Of a stretch of 64,000 nucleotides of DNA, positions 52,177 to 59,318 are shown piece by piece. Numbering within the stretch: the first letter of the stretch is position 1; each line of letters starts with the position of its first letter. The stretch spans positions 172,027-236,026 of the forward strand of contig MCFE01000021.1 in NCBI GenBank assembly GCA_002104905.1. The letters run 5' to 3'. This stretch comes from Basidiobolus meristosporus CBS 931.73. Lineage: Eukaryota > Fungi > Basidiobolomycota. Under the pieces are notes generated by a model. It was given only the letters and a program-made list of their open reading frames with translations, was not told the origin of the DNA and searched no databases. A program made the translations under genes and the position numbers.

Positions 52177-55100
52177 ATGGTTGAAAGTTCCGGTAAAGAG
52201 GGCGTGGAGATAGAGGTTAGCCAGCTCCAGGGGCCTGAATTTTCCTTTACACCCGCCCAGATAATGGAGTGGATCGACAATAAAGATCTACAAGCTCTCT
52301 TACACATTGGTGGAATAGATGGCATCATACATGGTCTTCACACCGACGCAGAGCTTGGCCTACAGACAGAAGAGGCGATTGATGAGAATACTTCGAGCCA
52401 CGTTCCTCCTGACAAACCCATAGTCGACACACTCATTACCAGTCTTAATGAGCGACGTCAGGTGTTCGGTACGAATACGCTTCCCGAGGCGAAAGCAAAG
52501 AGCATATTTCAGCTTATATGGATGGCTTACCAGGATAAGATGCTAATTCTTCTGACCATCGCTGCTCTTGTCTCTCTTGCCCTTGGGATATACGAGGACG
52601 TTACCAGAACGGATGAAGCAGAAATACACTGGGTAGAAGGCTTCGCCATCATCGTGGCTATCCTTATTGTCATTCTAGTCGGCAGTATCAATGATTTTCA
52701 GAAAGAGAAGCAATTTCGAAATCTCAATCGGAAAAAAGAGGACCGTGAGATCAAGGTTGCCAGAAATGGTTCTACCTGTCTAATCTCCATTCATGACTTG
52801 CTCGTAGGGGACATCCTTCATTTGGAGCCTGGGGATGTCATAGCTGGAGATGGGGTTTTCATATCTGGATACAATATCAAGTGTGATGAGAGTGCGGTGA
52901 CCGGTGAATCCGATGCTTTGAGTAAACTTTCTATCGCTGATTGTGTAAAGGAGCTGGAGGCCAGTTCGTCTAGACATCTACCAGACCCCTTCCTTATCAG
53001 TGGCTCAAAAGTGCTTGAGGGTGTTGGAACCTGCGTTGTCGTGGCCGTGGGCGTGAATAGCTTCAACGGCCGCACCATGATGAGTTTGCGAAGTGAATCC
53101 ACGGAGACTCCTCTACAGCTCAAACTGAATAATCTGGCCGAGACAATTGCTAAACTAGGTGGTGCTGCTGCCGTCGTGATGCTGATCGTTCTTCTCCTTC
53201 AATACTTGATCCCGTTCAAAGACGGGATACCTCCGGCAACGGTGATTATTGACCGGATTGTTGATATTTTCATCACTACCATAACTATTGTAGTGGTAGC
53301 TGTTCCCGAAGGATTGCCTCTTGCAGTAACTTTAGCGCTTGCGTTTGCTACTACAAAGATGCTCAAAGACAACAATCTTGTACGCGTGCTGTCTGCCTGT
53401 GAGACTATGGGAAGTGCCACTGCAATCTGTTCCGATAAAACCGGCACCCTTACTCAGAACAAAATGTCAATTGTTGCTGGCTTCATCGGGTCCACTCTGT
53501 CCTTCATGCAGGAGGGTAGTATCACCACGGAGCCGCAGCTGCCACCGTCGAATCTTCAGCAAATAGAGTTTTCGAAAATAGCCAGCCAACTCTCTAGCCC
53601 CACAACCGACCTCCTCCATGAATCCATTGCCATCAATTCCAGTGCGTTCGAAGGAGTCAACTCTCAAGGGGTCAAAACGTTTGTGGGATCAAAGACCGAG
53701 ACGGCAATGCTGGACTGGATGCGAGATATGGCCAATGTGGACTACCAACAGGTCAGAAATCGCTATTCTCTGGCTCAACAATGGCCGTTCAGCAGTGCTA
53801 AGAAGAGTATGTCTTCTTTGGTCCGGATCAGTAAAGAGGGTAGAGAATTTCATAGACTTTACGTAAAAGGGGCTTCGGAGATAATCCTTGGTCGCTGTAA
53901 ATATATCCTAGATGTAGGGGAATCCCAGGAGGTGCTTTCTTCGAAGGAGTTAACCAAAGATCTGAATGCCACGATTGAGAAAATAATCACCTTGTATGCC
54001 TCAAACTCATTGAGAACTATAGGCTTTGCCTACAAAGATTTCGACGACCTGGATAATGTAGAAGATGAAGTTGCACTGGAGCAGGACATGACTTGGATTG
54101 GGGTTGTTGGAATTGAAGACCCACTACGGCCAGGGGTGCCGGAGGCGGTGAAGGCATGCCAAAAGGCTGGTATAACTGTCCGAATGGTAACTGGTGACAA
54201 TATTTTGACCGCGAAATCCATAGCTTCCAAGTGTGGCATATATGATCAAAATGGAATAGTCATGGAAGGTCCCCGCTTTAGAAAACTCACGCATTACCAA
54301 ATGATGGCGATTCTACCACGCCTTCAAGTACTTGCACGAAGTAGTCCCGAGGACAAGAAGATCTTGGTCGGCAAACTACGGGAGTTAGGGAATGTTGTTG
54401 CCGTTACTGGAGATGGAACCAATGATGGGCCAGCATTGAAACTGGCCGATATTGGCTTCAGTATGGGTATTGCTGGCACTGAAGTTGCCAAAGAGGCATC
54501 ATCCATCATATTGATGGATGATAACTTTTCTTCCATAGTCAAGGCCGTCAGTTGGGGAAGAAGTGTTAACGATGCTGTGAAGAAATTCCTGCAGTTCCAG
54601 CTTACTGTCAACGTTACAGCGGTAGTGTTGGCATTCGTAAGTGCTGTATCAGATAATGAGCAATCTTCAGTATTGACCGCTGTTCAGCTCCTTTGGGTGA
54701 ATCTTATCATGGATACTCTTGCTGCTCTAGCTTTAGCTACTGATCCCCCAACGCCTGAGCTTCTGAACCGACCTCCGACTCCCCGCACCGCCTCGTTAAT
54801 TACGTTTACCATGTGGAAGATGATACTTGGCCAGGCCATATTCCAGATCACCGTGTCCCTAGTTCTGCTATACACGGGCCCTACTCTTTTACGCATCGAC
54901 ACCAACATCGATAGCCAGAAGCAGGGGCTCAACACATTAATCTTCAATACCTTTGTTTTCATGCAAATCTTCAACGAAATCAATTGCCGCCGATTAGACA
55001 ACAAGTTGAACATTTTTTACAATATCCACAAGAACAATTTCTTTATAGTGATTTTCTTCCTGATGGTGATAGGGCAGGTACTGATTGTAAACTTTGGAGG

Positions 55101-55518
55101 TGCCGCATTCAGCACAGTTAGGATCGGGTGGTTGTATTGGGTAATCTCCTTGGTCATTGGAATGCTTTCCATACCAATCGGCGCATTTATCCGTTTGATC
55201 CCTAATTCGTTCTTCGGAGTCACATCAGATGAAGCGGACATGGAGAACCCAGCATTACGTGAGTGGAACTCACCCTCAAAGCATGTTAGAGATGAGCTAT
55301 CCCTAGTAAAATCGCTGAGAGGCGGGCGCCTTCGTACGACGACACGTACACACAAGAATCAAGTTTATGCCGCTGCCGTGTTTCCGAGTTTGGTGGCAAC
55401 GATCGTCGGAGGTGGAAATGCTGCAGATAACGCTTTACCATCAGAAATGGATGAGTCGACATTCTTCCGGTTTCTTGACGAGCATTCCGTGCAGACAGAT
55501 CAACCACCCACTTCTTAG
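52177..55518 (+). CDS. PMC1: P2B-type (PMCA/vacuolar) Ca2+-transporting ATPase, 1113 aa, intronless
   Basis: TGES, VAVPEGLPLAVT, CSDKTGTLT, VRMVTGD, VTGDGTND, KFLQFQLTVN, QLLWVNLIMD. Confidence 0.96.
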   Translation: MVESSGKEGVEIEVSQLQGPEFSFTPAQIMEWIDNKDLQALLHIGGIDGIIHGLHTDAELGLQTEEAIDENTSSHVPPDKPIVDTLITSLNERRQVFGTNTLPEAKAKSIFQLIWMAYQDKMLILLTIAALVSLALGIYEDVTRTDEAEIHWVEGFAIIVAILIVILVGSINDFQKEKQFRNLNRKKEDREIKVARNGSTCLISIHDLLVGDILHLEPGDVIAGDGVFISGYNIKCDESAVTGESDALSKLSIADCVKELEASSSRHLPDPFLISGSKVLEGVGTCVVVAVGVNSFNGRTMMSLRSESTETPLQLKLNNLAETIAKLGGAAAVVMLIVLLLQYLIPFKDGIPPATVIIDRIVDIFITTITIVVVAVPEGLPLAVTLALAFATTKMLKDNNLVRVLSACETMGSATAICSDKTGTLTQNKMSIVAGFIGSTLSFMQEGSITTEPQLPPSNLQQIEFSKIASQLSSPTTDLLHESIAINSSAFEGVNSQGVKTFVGSKTETAMLDWMRDMANVDYQQVRNRYSLAQQWPFSSAKKSMSSLVRISKEGREFHRLYVKGASEIILGRCKYILDVGESQEVLSSKELTKDLNATIEKIITLYASNSLRTIGFAYKDFDDLDNVEDEVALEQDMTWIGVVGIEDPLRPGVPEAVKACQKAGITVRMVTGDNILTAKSIASKCGIYDQNGIVMEGPRFRKLTHYQMMAILPRLQVLARSSPEDKKILVGKLRELGNVVAVTGDGTNDGPALKLADIGFSMGIAGTEVAKEASSIILMDDNFSSIVKAVSWGRSVNDAVKKFLQFQLTVNVTAVVLAFVSAVSDNEQSSVLTAVQLLWVNLIMDTLAALALATDPPTPELLNRPPTPRTASLITFTMWKMILGQAIFQITVSLVLLYTGPTLLRIDTNIDSQKQGLNTLIFNTFVFMQIFNEINCRRLDNKLNIFYNIHKNNFFIVIFFLMVIGQVLIVNFGGAAFSTVRIGWLYWVISLVIGMLSIPIGAFIRLIPNSFFGVTSDEADMENPALREWNSPSKHVRDELSLVKSLRGGRLRTTTRTHKNQVYAAAVFPSLVATIVGGGNAADNALPSEMDESTFFRFLDEHSVQTDQPPTS

Positions 55519-56236
55519 TGATTATTTCATGCGCAATATCCCGTGTTACATTCGTATATACATGCAAGTCAGGCTTTGCCGTTGAAAAGGCTACTGGCAT
55601 CTAGTCAGGAGCACGACCTAGATTGCACTTTTTATATATATATATGCTGAGAATCCTGATACTGTTACATTCACACTCGTTACTTGTTTAGCATCCATCT
55701 AATAGCCAGTCATATTAGGCGCGCATCACAAGAGTTAGCCCACCATTTTGTATCTACATTTCAATGCGATTTTTCCGTCCTCCTCATGCTGTTGGGTTAC
55801 TCGTCTATGCAACGTTCTTATTTCAGTTCTGATTTCAATGTAGTGTCCATTTAATTAGATATTATTGCTAGAAATTATAATATTAAAATACATCCAGCCG
55901 TGTATCTTTGTTAGATGCTTTCATATATGCATATTTGCGAGTAATTAACTCTACCATACGTTGGAATGGCCAATACCACTTAATGTGCTTGAATGCCGAC
56001 GGCTAATAACGGACGGATTATTATTCGAATCATGCTGTGGATGTAGATATTGGCACCGTGTAGCAAGGCTGCGTGGGAACTCAGTTACTCTCTCCATGCA
56101 CTTAGGATTACTGTTTTTCCACACGCTTCCAAACCTGGAGTTGCTTGGGGGATTTTATTGGGCTACAAAATACTTGCGATGGGCTACTAAAAATAAACAG
56201 GTCACTTTGGCGGATGCTGCTGAATGTAAATACTGC

Positions 56237-56254
56237 TTAGGGTTCGGGTTAGGG
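56237..56254 (+). repeat. Most proximal telomere-like junction (TTAGGG TTCGGG TTAGGG)
   Basis: Read directly. It abuts AGGG-AAAG-TCATCA..GGTGA..CTTATT, a degenerate element 3' end. Confidence 0.75.
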
Positions 56255-56258
56255 AGGG

Positions 56259-56792
56259 AAAGTCATCATTGTGGTGAAATCCTTATTTCGCTAAATAGGT
56301 AAACAAAGCCACTAAAGCTAAAAAGTACATAAGCCAGCTAAGAGGTTATAAATTTCTTGAGTATATATTCTAACTTCAACTTAGTTTCTTTGGTAAAATT
56401 GCACTGAATTAAATGAAGCTCTTCTGGAGAGAAGAGAAAGTTGAGGGGTTTTGGGAGAATCACAAATTGTAAATGGTACTTGTCTATAGAGTGAATATTG
56501 CAGCAAAAGCCTGGAATCATGTTTTCAAGGAAAGGGGTATGGACATTGAGGCAACCTTGCCAAAGTGCAAGAAGGTGGTCAAGAGCCACATCCCTGGACT
56601 TTTCTGCTTCCAGCAACTTTGTAGCTAGTTCAGTCACTGGAGGAGATTTAGCAAGGATCTGCTAATAGGATGATTTATGAGAGTGTTGCTGATAAAGCCA
56701 TTGCTGAACTAGTGAGTTACTAGACAGTCAGAGCTTCAAAAGGAAGGATGCTCTATGGAGAATTATACAGATTTGATATGGGTAGAATCTTG
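56259..56792 (-). mobile_element. Telomeric LINE, oldest 5'-truncated fragment (diverged lineage)
   Basis: Encodes GFYPYQIC...VTELATKLLEAEK...LW...NVHTPFL...EEL, homologous to the C-terminus of the intact ORF. Ends on the distal side at GTTAGGGTT (56795-56803). Confidence 0.78.
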
Positions 56793-56947
56793 GAGTTAGG
56801 GTTCTAGTTCTTTATTGGGAAATTAGCACTCAAAGTGAAATCTTTAAATATGACAAAGTCATATGAATACAGACACTAATATAGGAAGTTAGCAACTACT
56901 TTGCCAATAGAAGAGATAAAAGAAACTGTAAAAGCTATAAAAGAAAA

Positions 56948-57103
56948 GGGTAGGGTAGGGAAAGTCACCAAAGTAGGTGAAGTCTTTATTTGATTTCAGA
57001 CAAATCTAGCTACAAATAAAGAAGCCAGCTGGGAATATAAGGTTCCCATAGAAAATACTAAGCTGAATATGAATAAATCTAAGCTAAAGTTAAGGCAGTA
57101 TCC
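56948..57103 (-). mobile_element. Telomeric LINE 3'-end remnant with (TAGGG)2 junction
   Basis: GGGTAGGGTAGGG-AAAG-TCACC-AAAGTA-GGTGA-AGTCTTTATT followed by about 50 bp resembling the lineage-B 3' UTR. Confidence 0.7.
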
Positions 57104-57115
57104 TTAGGGAGAGGG

Positions 57116-57408
57116 AAAGTCACCAAGTTGGTGAGATCTTTATTGCGTTTATGTACTAATCTAAGTACAAGCAAAGAAGCCAATCAAGAGGTAGAGAACC
57201 TCTCTAATAAGTAACTTATTTTATGTCTAATGGTAGTCTCAATAAAGTAAAGTTCATCAGGTGTAAATATGAAACTATAGGGTTTTGGGGGGAGTACAAT
57301 TTGTAAGTGTTTCTTATCAATATAATCTAAGACTGGAACCCAGCCTGGGATTAGGTGTAGTAGGAAAGGTGTGTGGACTTGTAAGTAGCTCTGCCACATA
57401 GATCTTAG
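57116..57408 (-). mobile_element. Telomeric LINE lineage B, 5'-truncated copy (about 290 bp)
   Basis: TTAGGG at 57104-57109, hairpin plus TTTATT, coding LRSMWQSYLQVHTPFLLHLIPG... Near-duplicate of 57416-57720. Confidence 0.85.
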
Positions 57409-57415
57409 GGGAGGG

Positions 57416-58066
57416 AAAGTCACCAAGTTGGTGAAATCTTTATTTGAGTCAAGAACTAATCTAAGTACAAATAAAGAAGCCAATTAAGAAGTCTAGAACC
57501 TCTCTAATAAGTTATCTAATTTATGTTTTGCTTCATCTCTAATGTTTGTTACTATAAAGTAAAGCTCATCAGGGTTAAATATATAATTCAAGTGTTTTGG
57601 GGGGAGTACAAGTTGTAGATGTTTCTGATCAATATAATCCAAGACTGGAACCCAGCCTGGGATTAGATGTAGTAGGAAAGGTGTGCAGACTTGTAAGTAG
57701 CTCTACCACATAGATCTTAGATGGTCCTGAGCCAGTAGGCTTGGTTTCTCAGCTTTTTGAGGTTCTGAAGCAAGCTCTGTTACTACAGCAGAGCCAACCA
57801 GGGTGTGCCAGCAAGAAGATTTCAGGGAGGAGTTAGATTTAAGCCATTGCTTGATGGAGGGGTTAGGTGATTTCTGAAGCTTCACTTGGAAGGAAGCATG
57901 GAGATAGACCATTTGGATTTGGTATGGGTAGAACCCAAAGGCTCCATTAGTTGCATGGATATAGGGAGATACTGGAAGATAAGGTACCAAGGATCTGATA
58001 CACTGATGGAGAAATTTAGCCAGGTGGTGAAGTTCTCTGGAGGTTAGGGGTATAATGTGGAGACCA
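57416..58066 (-). mobile_element. Telomeric LINE lineage B, 5'-truncated copy (about 650 bp) with premature stop
   Basis: TTAGGG at 57405-57410. Coding GLHIIPLTSRE...GAFGFYPYQ...RSMW*SYLQVCTPF aligns with GLPLLSLTSRD...GAFGFMPYK...DLWQQYLQQHTPF of the intact ORF. Confidence 0.85.
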
Positions 58067-58078
58067 GGGTTAGGGTGG

Positions 58079-58333
58079 AGACAGTCACCAGCAGGTGAAA
58101 TCTTTATTTCAGTTGAAACAAAGAAGCCAGCGCTACTGTTGTAGCTTTGATACAAGAGTGTGTAGCTGAGGGGAGTTTGTCGGTAAGTTAATAAGAAGTG
58201 ATGATAGTTCTTCAGTGCTCAAGACACTGTTTAGTGGGAAGGGGGGTAGCAAGAGAGGTAGGAATGACTTGTGAGCAACATTAAAGAGGGGAATGTGATA
58301 AGGATTGATATTCATCATAGAGGGAGTGTGCTT
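58079..58333 (-). mobile_element. Telomeric LINE lineage A, 5'-truncated copy (about 255 bp)
   Basis: GGGTTAGGGT at 58067-58076. Nearly identical to 59319-59573. Confidence 0.9.
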
Positions 58334-58826
58334 GTTGTATCCAAGAGAAAGTGAAATAAAACTCTTGAATGGTTTAACTGAACCAAAGGGACAATTAAGT
58401 GCAGAATCTTAGAATTGTCAGAGAGTGGTGGAAATATTAGCAGAAAGATTCTGATCTAATATTAGTCTTGGATATAGCTGGGTTGGCTATAAAGACAATG
58501 ATATTTTTTGCTAGGCAGGCTAGGCTTGGCGTTCTTTGGAGTGCTAGATATACTAGGCTTGGATAGAAACTAGAATGGAATTGTTGGATTCTTATTTTTG
58601 CTGAGACAGAATCTTAATTTTGTTGAGACACACACTAAACCAAAAGGTTCAGTAAACTTTATTTATACTTTTCTGATCAAGTTGAATTAGTAAGCACCAA
58701 GGGACTGGATTGATTGAAATCAATTTGGGTGTTCATAGGTGCATAAGATAAATGAAAATTACATCATCAATCAACCGATGTCTTGGCAACTGCACCGTGG
58801 TTGGATATATCTCAGGGGGGGGGAGG

Positions 58827-59307
58827 AAAGTCACCAAGTGGTGAAATCTTTATTTACTTATGACAAGTATCTAAAGAAGCCAAGTTAATCTGAAGTAATT
58901 CCTAGAAAGCTAGGTCTGAGAGCTATCTTCCTGGTAAGCCAGGTCTGAGAGTTGAGAAGCTGAGTGGTACTATATTTCCTAGTTAGCTAGGTCTGAGAGA
59001 GGTTTCCTGGAAAGCCAGGACTGAGAAGTGAGAATCTGAATATATCTGAGCCAAGTTATCATGGTTTGCGGTAGCTGAATTGTGGCCGGAATGGCCAGTA
59101 GACTGGGGGAACTGAGATGAATTTCTGGGCGATCACTGGCCATATTTACTAGGCAAATCTGGCCAATTAGCATTTCAAGGATTGCAGCCAATCAGAGCCT
59201 TTACTTTGCCCAATGGTTGATCGAGCCATCTCCCAATGAGCACACTTCAATTTATTAATCAAATTTTGCTGGATCCAGGATTTGAACCTACAACCTTGGG
59301 AATGGAA
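58827..59307 (-). mobile_element. Candidate tRNA-derived SINE sharing the LINE 3' tail
   Basis: Minus-strand head TTCCATTCCCAAGGTTGTAGGTTCAAATCCTGGATCCAGCA (B-box/T-arm, 59307-59267). Internal GC(T/C)AGG(T/A)CTGAGA repeated four times. Tail TTAACTTGGCTTCTTT...AATAAAGATTTCACCACTTGGTGACTTT matches lineage B. G9 junction at 58815-58823. Confidence 0.6.
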
Positions 59308-59318
59308 GGGTTAGGGGG

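Noticed and set aside
58334-58814. 480-bp unassigned spacer in the telomeric array with an imperfect 12-13 bp inverted repeat (58372-58384 / 58646-58657)
   Set aside because: The repeat is short, has an indel and has no TSD, so it is insufficient for a MITE call. The origin of the spacer is unresolved.
59267-59307. Functional tRNA gene
   Set aside because: Only the 3' half is present, the T-stem has a mismatch and the 5' half is replaced by the telomeric junction. It is treated as a SINE head or pseudogene instead.
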